Origin: Candidatus Gilichinskyi gelida
GTDB lineage: Bacteria; Acidobacteriota; Thermoanaerobaculia; Gp7-AA8
Assembly (NCBI GenBank): GCA_038040385.1
Contig: JBBPII010000008.1
Coordinates: forward strand, 109,091 to 173,090
Reading direction: 5' to 3'
Length of the DNA: 64,000 nt
Under the pieces are notes generated by a model. It saw only the letters and a list, made by a program, of their open reading frames with translations. It was not told the origin of the DNA and made no database searches. This document shows positions 52,074 to 63,680 of this stretch, piece after piece. Position 1 is the stretch's first letter, and every line of letters starts with the position of its first letter. Position numbers and translations under genes: made by a program.

Positions 52074-53918
52074 GTGATAAGAGCCATCGTCCATCAAGGC
52101 TCCATCGGCACTTCGATCGAGTACTTCGCGGCCGTCGCCGGGCCGGACGTCGATCGCCGCTTCTTCTTCGAGCGGATCGACACCGGGCGCGGCGACGTCA
52201 TCCGCTATTTCGGCGGCAGCTCGGAGATCGTCCTCAATCCCGAGGGGGTGCGGTTTCGCGGGAACGGCGGCATCTTCGGCGAGTACATGTTTGGCGGACA
52301 TCTCCCCGTCGGCGACCTGCTCAACGAAGAGGTGGTCAACCGGCTGGTGTTGTTCGGCGCGAAGACCGACGCCGCTCACGAGCTGCGCTTCACCACCAAC
52401 ACCGAGGGCTTCGAGACCTACGACAACCTCTTCCTGCAGGGCAACGCGGTGGCGAACTATTTCTTCTTCGTCGACGACCGGAAGCGCATCGCGGACGTCG
52501 CCGACCGGCAGGAGAAGACGCTCAAGAGCATCGGCAAGCTGCTGAAGCGCTCGCGCCGCGTCGGCGCCGGCAATTTCCTCGCGCTCTCACACGAGATCCT
52601 CGAGGCGCTGGACGAGCCGCAGAGCACGATCGTCGTGGTGCGCATCGTCCATCGCGCCAATCAGCGGCTCTCCGAGATCTGTCATGAGGCGTACAAGTCC
52701 GGCGCGTCGCTCGACCAGGCGGCGGAGAGCGTCCCCGACGTCACCGACCTCGGGCGCATCGAGCCGTATCAGCGCGAGCGCGTGCAGATCGATACCATCT
52801 ACCACCACCCCGACAACCGGGAGATCATCGACGAGTACAAGCGCGTGCTCGCGTCGTGTGCCGGCGCGCTGATCGACTCCTCGGCGCGCGCGCGGCTCAT
52901 GCGCCTGCGCACCCTGGCGCTGCGCAACGAGATTCCGCCCGCCATCTTCGACACCCTCGAGGAGATCGTCCTTCAGGACCGCCCGACCGTGGCTAAGGCC
53001 GACGAGCCGCATTACATCAGCACCACCCGCGAGATCCTGGTCGGCCTTCTCCTCGGCCGCAACCTGCAGCGCAAGCTCTCGCCGCTCGATCTGGTGGTGC
53101 TGATGGAGAACAAGCAGAAAGCCACGGCCAATCGCGACCAAACCTTCGAGGAGCTGTTGCTCGACACCGGCCGCCTCATCGACGAGATCGGCCGCGAAGA
53201 GGAGGACTTCGAGCGGCTCGAGTCCTTCGGCGAGCTGGTCACGCTGTTCGACCGCATCGACCACACCACCACCCTCATCAACCGGCTGGCGTTCATGGAC
53301 GACGTCGAGCTGTCGCCGGAGCAGGTTCGATCGCTGATGGGCAACATGCAGGTGTTCGAAGGCCTGCAGCGCGGGTTGTTCCAGTTGCTCTTCGTCGATC
53401 CGATCGTCTCCAACGAGTACGCGCTGTCGTTCGGAAAGAAGAAGCTGTACACGCTCACCCTCGGACTCCTGTCGATGCAGAACGCCGAGGCGTCGGTGGC
53501 GGACGTCGCGCAATCCATTCGCGACATCAACCGCAACGAGCGCGCGTACTTTGCGGTCTATCGCCTGGCGCGGCGGCGCATGGCGAACTTCTACCTCGAG
53601 CTCAACACCATCGAGGGACGCGAGACGTTCCGCCGCGAGATCAAGGGCGAAGTCGCCCACGACCCCGAGATCGTCGATCTGCAGGACGTGATCACCGAGT
53701 CGCTGTTCGAAGACGTGATCACCAAGATCCGGCTGGAGGCCTTCTACATCAACCAGCTCCTGCCTCGGATCATCGAGGAGCAGGACGCCAAGGTGCGGAA
53801 CGACTTCCTGTCCAACTCGGGCCTGGACCGGTTCCAGATCGAGGAGCTGGAGAGCGAGTATTTCGACATGCGCGCGTTCCCGCCGCAGTTGCTCGAGGCG
53901 ATCCAGCGTCCGGCGTGA
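52074..53918 (+). CDS. Large (~610 aa) hypothetical cytoplasmic protein
   Basis: Long ORF with coding-like composition. The start is uncertain: GTG at 52074, or ATG at 52014 inside REP copy F. No recognised domain. Confidence 0.5.
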   Translation: MIRAIVHQGSIGTSIEYFAAVAGPDVDRRFFFERIDTGRGDVIRYFGGSSEIVLNPEGVRFRGNGGIFGEYMFGGHLPVGDLLNEEVVNRLVLFGAKTDAAHELRFTTNTEGFETYDNLFLQGNAVANYFFFVDDRKRIADVADRQEKTLKSIGKLLKRSRRVGAGNFLALSHEILEALDEPQSTIVVVRIVHRANQRLSEICHEAYKSGASLDQAAESVPDVTDLGRIEPYQRERVQIDTIYHHPDNREIIDEYKRVLASCAGALIDSSARARLMRLRTLALRNEIPPAIFDTLEEIVLQDRPTVAKADEPHYISTTREILVGLLLGRNLQRKLSPLDLVVLMENKQKATANRDQTFEELLLDTGRLIDEIGREEEDFERLESFGELVTLFDRIDHTTTLINRLAFMDDVELSPEQVRSLMGNMQVFEGLQRGLFQLLFVDPIVSNEYALSFGKKKLYTLTLGLLSMQNAEASVADVAQSIRDINRNERAYFAVYRLARRRMANFYLELNTIEGRETFRREIKGEVAHDPEIVDLQDVITESLFEDVITKIRLEAFYINQLLPRIIEEQDAKVRNDFLSNSGLDRFQIEELESEYFDMRAFPPQLLEAIQRPA

Positions 53919-53926
53919 TCGAGCCT

Positions 53927-53983
53927 GTCAAGTAGACTTGACAAACACGGAACTCGATCCTAGATTGTCAAGGAAACTTGACT
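53927..53983. promoter_or_regulatory. Two copies of a 7-4-7 inverted repeat (TGTCAAG-N4-CTTGACA), putative operator for the downstream XRE regulator
   Basis: TGTCAAGTAGACTTGACA at 53927-53944 and TTGTCAAGGAAACTTGAC at 53965-53982. The centres are ~39 bp apart and lie 15–70 bp upstream of the membrane-protein/XRE operon start. Confidence 0.5.
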
Positions 53984-53996
53984 GAAGGGATCGATC

Positions 53997-54419
53997 ATGA
54001 ACGACTGCTCCGACGCCTACACCCCGCGCGACACTCGTAACTTGCGTATTTTCAATGTTTGGGCCATTTCCGCCGCAGTGATGTTTGTGGCGGCCACGAT
54101 CCTGATCTCAAGGGGTATTGTCGCCCGCGGCCCGCTCGCCTGGATCCTGGCGATCGCCAATCTGCTCCTCACGCTCCTCGCCGTGCGCGCTTACATGGTG
54201 TTTCTGCGCGCCGCCGACGAGTTGCTCCGCCGGATCCAGCTCGAAGGTCTGGCCCTCGGCTTCGGGGCGGGTGCGGTCTTCATGCTCAGCTATCGCCTCT
54301 TCGAGCGGCTCGGGGCGCTGAAGCTCGACAGCGCCGACCCGTTCGTCGTCATGGCAATCTTCTGGGCCATCGGGCAGTACATTGGCCTGAGGCGCTACGC
54401 GCCGGGGATGGAGCGATGA
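53997..54419 (+). CDS. Small membrane protein (3–4 TM) co-transcribed with the XRE regulator
   Basis: 140 aa, hydrophobic. Stop overlaps the XRE start (ATGA). Confidence 0.55.
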   Translation: MNDCSDAYTPRDTRNLRIFNVWAISAAVMFVAATILISRGIVARGPLAWILAIANLLLTLLAVRAYMVFLRAADELLRRIQLEGLALGFGAGAVFMLSYRLFERLGALKLDSADPFVVMAIFWAIGQYIGLRRYAPGMER

Positions 54420-54661
54420 TCAACCGGCTGCGGGAGCTGCGCACCGCCCGCGGCTGGTCGCAGGGCGAGCTCGCGGAGCGGCTGGGCGTGTCGCGGCAGA
54501 CGGTCAACGCCATCGAGACGGAAAAGTACGATCCCAGCCTGCCGCTGGCCTTCACTATCGCCGGACTCTTCACGCTGGCCATCGAGGACATCTTCCGCCC
54601 CAACGGCTCGGGAGCCGCTCCGGTCGCGGCGCGGCCGCCGGATCGTGGTTTCATTGACTGA
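54416..54661 (+). CDS. XRE/Cro-C1-family helix-turn-helix transcriptional regulator (YozG-like)
   Basis: 81 aa with a canonical HTH (WSQGELAERLGVSRQTVNAIETEKYDPSLPLAFTIAGLF). Confidence 0.85.
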   Translation: MINRLRELRTARGWSQGELAERLGVSRQTVNAIETEKYDPSLPLAFTIAGLFTLAIEDIFRPNGSGAAPVAARPPDRGFID

Positions 54662-55238
54662 TTCTAGTAAATGACCACGCGCTCCAGTGATGCAATTTAC
54701 GGCGCGGCACGTCGCTACTCCATCCCGTTCTGACGAGCTCTCGGCCAAGAAGGGACCGGAAGGAGGCATGTGTCATAGCCACGACGCTCCCGTGGTTCTC
54801 GGCAAGTTGCCATAACCATTCCGCCGCCGCTCGCGCACGTTGTTCCTCGTCCGTCGTGACGTGCGGACGACGAAGCGCAGCACGGGCGAGCCAACGAACG
54901 CCGTACGTAAGGGCCCACCCGAACATCGGCAGCCGGATTCGTCCAAGCGCCGGCGGAAGCAGCTCGAGCTCGCTCAAGAGTGGTGATGTGAGCACTTCTC
55001 GCCCCGGAGCAAGCACTTTCGCCGACTCAACTGCTCGGCGCGCCACACTCGCCACAAGGATGCCACTGGCTGCGGCGGCTGCCCTCAGCTCCACTGGCGG
55101 GACGTCTTCCGAATCAACGCCAGCCGCTTCGTACGCCTCACGCCAACGGAGGAACTCCGCGCCGTTGATCCAACCGGAATGCACATGGCTAGAACGCCCG
55201 TGCCTTACAAGAACGATCTTCAGGGACACTCTGCACAA
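54651..55238 (-). CDS. Histidine phosphatase (phosphoglycerate-mutase-like) family protein
   Basis: N-terminal RHG motif (IVLVRHGRSSH). 195 aa. Confidence 0.6.
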   Translation of the reverse strand: MCRVSLKIVLVRHGRSSHVHSGWINGAEFLRWREAYEAAGVDSEDVPPVELRAAAAASGILVASVARRAVESAKVLAPGREVLTSPLLSELELLPPALGRIRLPMFGWALTYGVRWLARAALRRPHVTTDEEQRARAAAEWLWQLAENHGSVVAMTHASFRSLLGRELVRTGWSSDVPRRKLHHWSAWSFTRISQ

Positions 55239-55313
55239 AACGTATCATTCCATGTCGCACCCCGCTCCACCGTTTGTCATGCGTGAGCTGTTGTTACGGC
55301 TAGACTCACCCGC

Positions 55314-57292
<1,979 letters not shown>

Positions 57293-57302
<10 letters not shown>

Positions 57303-57378
57303 GCCGCGCAGACGGCGAAGGATCTCGTCCGCGCTACTTGAGATCCTTCCGCTTCGCTTCGCTCAGCGTCAGGATGAC
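57293..57378. repeat. REP/MITE-like palindromic element, copy D
   Basis: Left arm identical to copy A; right arm GAGATCCTTCCGCTTCGCTTCGCTCAGCGTCAGGATGAC. Holds the stop of the plus-strand YyaL gene, and (reverse strand) the last 14 codons plus stop of the minus-strand GT39 gene. Confidence 0.85.
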
Positions 57379-59601
57379 GAGGCGGCGGAACTCGTCCGAC
57401 TTGATCATCCGCCCCGGCACGCGCGCGCGCGGCAGTTTCGCCAGCTCGCGCTCCTCGGCCGGCTCCGGCAGGCGCTGCAGCAGGACGGCGTACGCGCGGC
57501 GCAGGAACGCGCGGTCGTCCTCGCAGTCGCTGCCGTAGGCGATCGTCTCCACGACGTCGTCGAGGTGGAGCTCGCCGCGCGCCAGGCGGGGCCAGACTTC
57601 GAGCGGATCGAATCCGAGGCGGCCGATGAGCGCTTCGACCGGCTCGCGGCAGAGGGTGGCGGGCGGGAAGCGGGTGCGCGTGTTGCGCCATGCGGTTTTC
57701 TCGTCGATGAAGGGGCCGCTCGCCAAGCGAACGGAATACAAGCTTCCAGGCGCGGCAGCTAGTGGATCCTCGACGGCGATCCAGGCGAAGGCGACGGCGA
57801 GCTCGCGACGATCGGTCGCTTTCGGATCGAGGTCGGCCGGCGCCGCCGCCCGCCCGAAGTCGAAGGCCAGCGTGTTCAACCCGTCGCGCCACACCGCGGC
57901 CGGCGCGGCGATCGACCGCTCCGTCCACCCGGGAGCCAGCGTCAGCTCGCCGAGGGGCCGCCCGTTGAGCGAGGCGCGGAGCGTCTGCGCCGGCAGCGCG
58001 CCGTGGTGGAACGGCAGCACGCGCATGCGGATGGTGCGATCGCGCCGGCCCCAGCGCGGAAAGGTCACCGACGCCCGCGTGCCCATCGCCCAGCGGAAGC
58101 CTTCCGGATCCGCCCAGCCGGCGTCGAGATAGCGATTCTCCGCGGCGGCGAGATCGATCAGCAGGCGCGGTCCGATCGCCGCGGACGCCGCCCGCCACTC
58201 CGCGGGGCCGGCCCGCTCCCGAAGAAAATCTCCGGTGTAGTGCAGCCGGAATCGCTCCAAGGGACTGCCCAGAACCATCGGATAGCGGCACATCCAGGCG
58301 CGGACCTCATTGTCGCTGCCGGCGGTGACGAGCCACGCCGCGGGGTGCGCGCCGATCACCAGTTGCGCCACCGAAACGTACGGGACGCCTTCGAGCGTGG
58401 CGCCCTTCGGCAGCCGGCGGAGGTAGTAGCGCAGCGAGACCTCCGTCCAAGGCTGGTCGGCGATGACGACGTCGTCGGGGCGCGCGTACCGTTCGATCTT
58501 CGCCGCGATCGCGCGCCAGTCGAGCTTCCGGAAGGCTTCGGTGCGCGCCGCGCGCCACTCCTGCGACGCCAGCGCAGCGACGATGGCCAACGCCAGCACC
58601 AGCGGCGCGCGTTGGAGCACGAGCCGCGCGACGCTCGCGATGCCGATGCCAGCCAGCAGAACGTAACCGACCAACGCCGGCGTGACGTAGCGCGCCGCGT
58701 AGAAATGGTCCAGGTGCTTCAACGCGCCGAGCGCGATGGCCAGCGGCAGCAGCGCCATTCCTCCGATGACGACGCCCTCGACGCGGTCGCGCCGCATCGC
58801 GGCGACGACGCCGATCAGCGCGAGAGCCAGCATCGCCACCGCCGCCCGCCCGCCGGCGTGCGTGCCCAGCGCCGAAACGGAGAAGGTCCGCAGCAGCGTG
58901 GCGAAGAACGCGTAATCGAGCGGCGGAAACGCCGGCCAGCTCTCGTTGGCCATCGGTTTCGCGGCGTAGACGACGGGGAAAAGCGCCAGCGCGCCGGCAG
59001 CGATGGCGGCGACGATCCAATACCAACGCTTGCCCATGAGCAGCGCTGCCGCGACGGCGACGATCAGCGCCGCGGCGACGACCGGCGCCGCCGTCGCCGA
59101 CGAATAGAGCAGCGCAACGATCAAGGCGGCCGCCGCGGCGATCGAGCGCGCGCGGAGCAGGACGACGATGAGCGCCGCGGTGAGGAACATCATCAGCGCG
59201 TACGGGCGCGCTTCGCGGCTGTAGTAAACGTGCAGCGGCGACACCGCCAGCAGGATCGCAGCGGCTGCCGCCGCCACCGCGTCACGCTGTTTCGCCGCCA
59301 GCCAGACCAGGGCGATGGCCGCCAATCCAAGCAGCGCGGCCGGCAGGCGGCCCGCGGCTTCCGACGAGCCGAACGCGCGCGCCGCCAGTTGCGTCGCGTA
59401 GTAGAGCGGGCCGTGCTCCTCGGCGAAACCGGCCAGCCAGCGCCACCACGGCCCCGAAGCCGCCGCCGTCGTGAGGCGCTGGCCCAGGATCTCGTCGAGC
59501 CAGTAGCTGGGCGTGCCGAGGCCGTCGAAGCGGAGGAAGGCGCCGGCGGCGATGGCCAGAAGCGCTACGGCGTCTTTGGAATGACGACCCAGCCGCTCCA
59601 C
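57334..59601 (-). CDS. GT-C-fold glycosyltransferase (family 39 / ArnT-PMT-like) membrane protein with a large C-terminal soluble domain
   Basis: An N-terminal ~330 aa with ~11 TM helices and ArnT/PMT-like loop motifs, then a ~400-aa soluble region. The start is uncertain because it overlaps the upstream FN3 gene by 37 nt. Confidence 0.6.
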   Translation of the reverse strand: MERLGRHSKDAVALLAIAAGAFLRFDGLGTPSYWLDEILGQRLTTAAASGPWWRWLAGFAEEHGPLYYATQLAARAFGSSEAAGRLPAALLGLAAIALVWLAAKQRDAVAAAAAAILLAVSPLHVYYSREARPYALMMFLTAALIVVLLRARSIAAAAALIVALLYSSATAAPVVAAALIVAVAAALLMGKRWYWIVAAIAAGALALFPVVYAAKPMANESWPAFPPLDYAFFATLLRTFSVSALGTHAGGRAAVAMLALALIGVVAAMRRDRVEGVVIGGMALLPLAIALGALKHLDHFYAARYVTPALVGYVLLAGIGIASVARLVLQRAPLVLALAIVAALASQEWRAARTEAFRKLDWRAIAAKIERYARPDDVVIADQPWTEVSLRYYLRRLPKGATLEGVPYVSVAQLVIGAHPAAWLVTAGSDNEVRAWMCRYPMVLGSPLERFRLHYTGDFLRERAGPAEWRAASAAIGPRLLIDLAAAENRYLDAGWADPEGFRWAMGTRASVTFPRWGRRDRTIRMRVLPFHHGALPAQTLRASLNGRPLGELTLAPGWTERSIAAPAAVWRDGLNTLAFDFGRAAAPADLDPKATDRRELAVAFAWIAVEDPLAAAPGSLYSVRLASGPFIDEKTAWRNTRTRFPPATLCREPVEALIGRLGFDPLEVWPRLARGELHLDDVVETIAYGSDCEDDRAFLRRAYAVLLQRLPEPAEERELAKLPRARVPGRMIKSDEFRRLVILTLSEAKRKDLK

Positions 59602-60647
59602 TTGCGCTCGCTCTCGTTACCGCTCGTGTCGACCGCCGTCACCGCGTAGCGGTAGGAGAGACCGATCCCCGCGGCGCTGTCGACGTAGTACGAGGTCGTG
59701 ATCAGGTTGGCCATCAGCGGCACGTCCACCGCGATTTCCTTGATCGCTTCGTCGTGTCCGACTCCCTCGCGGCGCCAGACGCGGTAGCCGGCCAGATCGG
59801 GGACTTGCACCGGATCCCACACCAGGCGGACGGCCTTCGTTTCGATGAGCAACGAGACGTTCTGCGGCGCAGGCGGCGGCGTGAGGTCCTTGAACGTGAC
59901 GGTTGCCGGCGCCGATGGGTCGGACTCGATGTGCGGCGCGGCGACGGCCGTGACCACGTACGTGAATTTCGCGTACGGCGGGACATCGGTGTATGTCGTC
60001 GCGGAGACCGGCGCGGTGTTGACCGGCTTCGTCTGATCCGTCAGCGTCTGGCCCTCTCCGAGGCGATAGACGTTGTAGCCGGTGAGGGCCGGCTTCGCCT
60101 TCGAGGTGATCGACGTGGCCGGCGCGGTCCAGGTGAGGACCACCCCCTCGGCCTTGGGCGTCGCAGTGAGCGCCGGCGGTGGCACGGGCACGTCGAGCGG
60201 CACGATCGGCGCGAGATTCGACAGGTCGCCGGTGGCGTTCGGCCCTTCGGTGACCACCGCGTACGTCAGCCGGACGGGGCGCCCGTCGCTGCTGTGGAAC
60301 TGCGGGGTGTCCTCGAAGGTCAGGAGCGACCCCTCGGAAGCGGCCGGCAGGTTGGCGCCTTCTATGCTGTCTACCTTGGTCCGGAGCTTCACGAATTGAA
60401 CGGGCGTCAGTGGAGATGCGGCGTTGGGCTCGGTGACGCGGTAGACGACGATGCGGCGGATATTGCTCAGATTCTTCCCCGCCGTCGTCAGCGCCGGATA
60501 TCCCCAGGAGAGAAGAACTTTGGCTCCACGCTGTGCTACAACGAGATCGGTCGTCGCCTTGGGAATGATGGGAACCGGCGGGTGCGGATCGCCGCGCTTG
60601 CCGCAGGCGACGAGAACAAGCAAGAGACACGCACCGAGCCTTTTCAA
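59565..60647 (-). CDS. Lipoprotein with fibronectin-type-III-like repeats
   Basis: Signal peptide plus lipobox (LLLVLVACGK), then repeated beta-rich units (LLSWGYP, VLTWTAP, VRLVWDP). Confidence 0.6.
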   Translation of the reverse strand: MKRLGACLLLVLVACGKRGDPHPPVPIIPKATTDLVVAQRGAKVLLSWGYPALTTAGKNLSNIRRIVVYRVTEPNAASPLTPVQFVKLRTKVDSIEGANLPAASEGSLLTFEDTPQFHSSDGRPVRLTYAVVTEGPNATGDLSNLAPIVPLDVPVPPPALTATPKAEGVVLTWTAPATSITSKAKPALTGYNVYRLGEGQTLTDQTKPVNTAPVSATTYTDVPPYAKFTYVVTAVAAPHIESDPSAPATVTFKDLTPPPAPQNVSLLIETKAVRLVWDPVQVPDLAGYRVWRREGVGHDEAIKEIAVDVPLMANLITTSYYVDSAAGIGLSYRYAVTAVDTSGNESERKWSGWVVIPKTP

Positions 60648-60682
60648 CGGTGCGGATTCTAACGGACATCTCTGGAGAACCC

Positions 60683-62569
60683 ATGTGCGGAATCATCGGT
60701 TACGTCGGCACGCGTGACGTGGTGCCGGTCCTCATCGGCGGACTGAGAAAGCTCGAATACCGCGGCTACGACAGCGCGGGCATCGCCGTGGTGGACGGCA
60801 ACGGCGTGGAAGTGGTGCGCGCCGAGGGGAAGCTGTCGAACCTCGAGGCGAAGCTGGGCGACAAGCCGCTCAAGGGCTCCTTCGGCATGGGCCACACCCG
60901 GTGGGCCACGCACGGCAAGCCGAACGAGAACAACGCTCACCCCCATCGCGACTGCACGGGCAAGGTGGTCGTCATCCACAACGGCATCATCGAGAACTTC
61001 CTCCCGCTCAAGCAGCGGCTGCAGGCGGCGGGACACACGTTCACGACGGAGACCGATACGGAAGTCGTCGCCCATTTGATCGAACAGCACCTGAAGGAGT
61101 TACCAGTTGCCAGTTCCCAGTTGCCGGCCTCTGGCAACGGGCAACAGGCAACAGGCAACTTCGTCGAGGCGGTCAAGCGAACGCTCAAGGAGCTCGAGGG
61201 ACACTATGCCCTCGTGATGATCGACGGAACCGCGCCCGGCACGATCATCGCCGCCAAGCACGGTCCGCCGCTGGTCATCGGCCTCGGCGAGAACGAGAAC
61301 ATCATCGCCTCCGACGTCGCGCCGCTGCTGGCGTACACCCGCAACATCATCTATCTCGAGGATGGCGAGTACGCCATTGCCGACCAGCAGGCGGTGCGCA
61401 TCTTCGACAAGAACGACCACCCGGTCGACCGCCCGCCCAAAAAGATCATGTGGGACGCCGTGATGGCCGAGAAGGAAGGCTACCGGCACTACATGCTCAA
61501 GGAGATCCACGAGCAGCCGCGCGCCGTGCGCGACACCTTCAACGGCCGGATGTTCGAGGAGTCGGGCGAGATCTACTTCAACGACCTCGAATTCACGCCC
61601 GAGCAGTGGGCGAAGTTCAAGAAGGTGCACGTCATCGCCTGCGGCACGTCGTGGCACGCCGGGCTGGTCGGGAAGTTTCTCCTCGAAGACGCGGCGCGGA
61701 TTCCGATCGAAGTCGACTACGGCTCCGAGTACCGCTACCGCAACCCGATCGTCGACGAAACCACGCTGGTCATCGGCGTGACGCAGTCCGGTGAGACTGC
61801 CGACACCATCGCCGGCATGCAGGAGGCGAAGGCAAAGGGGGCGAAGCTGATCACCATCTGCAACGTGATCGGCGCCGCCGCCACGCGCATGGCCGACGGC
61901 GTGATCTACACCAACGCCGGCCCGGAGATCGGCGTGGCGTCGACCAAGGCTTTCACCACGCAGCTCACCGCGTTCTACCTGCTGGCGCTGTACATCCGCC
62001 AGCTTCGCGGCGACGACATCGACGACCGCCGTTACGCCATGCACGAGATGCGGGTCATCCCGCACAAGATCGAGACCATCCTCAAGACGCAGGAGAAACA
62101 CATCGAGGAGCTGGCGCACAAGTACTACAAATCGCAGGACTTCCTCTACCTGGGCCGCGGGGTCAATTACCCCATCGCGCTCGAGGGGGCGCTCAAGTTG
62201 AAGGAGATCTCGTACATCCACGCGGAAGGGTATCCGGCGGGGGAGATGAAGCACGGCCCGATCGCCCTCATCGACGAGAACCTGCCGGTGGTCGCCGTGG
62301 CCACCCACACGCCGGTCTACGACAAGGTGCTGTCGAACCTGCAGGAAGTGAAGGCCCGCGACGGCAAACTGATCGTGATCTGCGACGAGCACGACGAGGC
62401 CATGAAGACGTTCGCCGATGACGTGATCGAGGTGCCGTGGACCATCGAGCCGCTGCAGCCGATCCTCACCGTGGTGCCGACGCAGCTCCTGGCGTACTAC
62501 ATCGCCTTGCGCCGCGGCGCCGACATCGACCAGCCGCGGAACCTGGCGAAGAGCGTGACGGTGGAGTGA
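60683..62569 (+). CDS. glmS: Glutamine--fructose-6-phosphate aminotransferase carrying an in-frame ~17–20-aa insertion
   Basis: MCGIIGYVG Ntn-glutaminase start, SIS domains, and the C-terminal ..PRNLAKSVTVE. 628 aa from the internal Met. Confidence 0.93.
   Translation: MCGIIGYVGTRDVVPVLIGGLRKLEYRGYDSAGIAVVDGNGVEVVRAEGKLSNLEAKLGDKPLKGSFGMGHTRWATHGKPNENNAHPHRDCTGKVVVIHNGIIENFLPLKQRLQAAGHTFTTETDTEVVAHLIEQHLKELPVASSQLPASGNGQQATGNFVEAVKRTLKELEGHYALVMIDGTAPGTIIAAKHGPPLVIGLGENENIIASDVAPLLAYTRNIIYLEDGEYAIADQQAVRIFDKNDHPVDRPPKKIMWDAVMAEKEGYRHYMLKEIHEQPRAVRDTFNGRMFEESGEIYFNDLEFTPEQWAKFKKVHVIACGTSWHAGLVGKFLLEDAARIPIEVDYGSEYRYRNPIVDETTLVIGVTQSGETADTIAGMQEAKAKGAKLITICNVIGAAATRMADGVIYTNAGPEIGVASTKAFTTQLTAFYLLALYIRQLRGDDIDDRRYAMHEMRVIPHKIETILKTQEKHIEELAHKYYKSQDFLYLGRGVNYPIALEGALKLKEISYIHAEGYPAGEMKHGPIALIDENLPVVAVATHTPVYDKVLSNLQEVKARDGKLIVICDEHDEAMKTFADDVIEVPWTIEPLQPILTVVPTQLLAYYIALRRGADIDQPRNLAKSVTVE
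61098..61160. repeat. Tandem-heptamer palindrome, GTTGNC family, copy H2, inside the glmS CDS
   Basis: GTTACCAGTTGCCAGTTCCCAGTTGCCGG-CCTC-TGGCAACGGGCAACAGGCAACAGGCAAC. Encodes ..LPVASSQLPASGNGQQATGN.., which is absent from E. coli GlmS at this loop. Confidence 0.75.
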
Positions 62570-62575
62570 GAAGAG

Positions 62576-62626
62576 AGTTGTCAGTTGTCGGTTGTCAGTT
62601 GTCGACAACCGATAACCGACAACTGA
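62576..62626. repeat. Tandem-heptamer palindrome, GTTGNC family, copy H3 (terminator-like, after glmS)
   Basis: AGTTGTCAGTTGTCGGTTGTCAGTTGTCG / CGACAACCGATAACCGACAACTGA, 6 nt after the glmS stop. Confidence 0.8.
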
Positions 62627-62634
62627 GAACCTTC

Positions 62635-63114
62635 ATGATCAACTACACCTTCGTCGACACGCCCATCGGCGCCCTGCTCGTGGCCGGCACGGCGGCCGCC
62701 GTCCACGAGATCCACTTCGCCGGCGCCACGCCGAAGAATGACTGGACGCGCGACGACGCGGCGCTCGCCGGCGCCGCCGCGCAGCTCCGCGCGTACTTTG
62801 CCGGCGCGCTGCTTCAATTCGATTTGACGCTGGCGTTCGCCGGCACGGAGTTCCAAAAGAGCGTCTGGAATCACCTCCGCGCGATTCCGTACGGCGAGAC
62901 GACGACCTACGCCGCGATCGCGCGCGCCATCGGACGCCCCGACGCCGTGCGGGCGGTCGGCGCGGCGAACGGCGCGAATCCGATCCCGGTCGTCGTGCCG
63001 TGCCACCGCGTCATCGGCAGCAACGGCGCGCTCACCGGCTTCGGCGGCGGGATCGAGGTCAAGCGCTGGCTCCTCGATCACGAGGAGCGCGTGGCCGGGC
63101 GGCGCCTCTTCTAG
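62635..63114 (+). CDS. ogt: Methylated-DNA--protein-cysteine methyltransferase
   Basis: Active-site PCHRV plus ETTTYAAIARAIG...AVGAANGANPIPVVVPCHRVIGSNGAL. 159 aa from the internal ATG. Confidence 0.88.
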   Translation: MINYTFVDTPIGALLVAGTAAAVHEIHFAGATPKNDWTRDDAALAGAAAQLRAYFAGALLQFDLTLAFAGTEFQKSVWNHLRAIPYGETTTYAAIARAIGRPDAVRAVGAANGANPIPVVVPCHRVIGSNGALTGFGGGIEVKRWLLDHEERVAGRRLF

Positions 63115-63134
63115 CGAGGCGGCATAATGGCCGC

Positions 63135-63680
63135 GTGGCAACCACGGCCATCGTCGCGGAGATCCTGGTCATCGGGCTGCAGGCCGTGATCTGGATCGTG
63201 CTGCTCGCGATGTCCATCGGCGGCGTTCCCGCCGCACGGGCCGGTCTCAAAGAATGGGTTCCGCTGATCACCGCGTTCACCCTCGGCTTCGCTTACGCCT
63301 TCGGCATCATCATCGACCGCATCAGCGACTCGCTGTTCACCGCCGGCGGCGCCAGCGAGTCATGGGCCGAACAGCGGCTGGCGGTGCTCGCGCGCGGCGA
63401 CAAAGTCACCGACTTTCTCGAGTACATCCGGAGCCGCCTGCGCATCGCGCGCGCGTCGACACTCAACTTCGCGCTGATCACCCTGTTCGGTGCGCTTTTC
63501 CTTTGCGTGCGCAGCGACGCGACGGCCGGTCAGATCGTGGCGGCCACGGCCTCGGGCATCGGCATCACCATCGCGGCCGGCAAGGTCGCGGCGCGCATCC
63601 GCAAAACGTACGACAAGCGGCTGAAACAGGCGATCGAGCTAGCGCCACGCTCCCAGGATCGCGCCCATGAGCACAAATGA
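63135..63680 (+). CDS. Hypothetical membrane protein
   Basis: About 181 aa from the GTG, with 3–4 TM helices. Start uncertain. Confidence 0.4.
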   Translation: MATTAIVAEILVIGLQAVIWIVLLAMSIGGVPAARAGLKEWVPLITAFTLGFAYAFGIIIDRISDSLFTAGGASESWAEQRLAVLARGDKVTDFLEYIRSRLRIARASTLNFALITLFGALFLCVRSDATAGQIVAATASGIGITIAAGKVAARIRKTYDKRLKQAIELAPRSQDRAHEHK

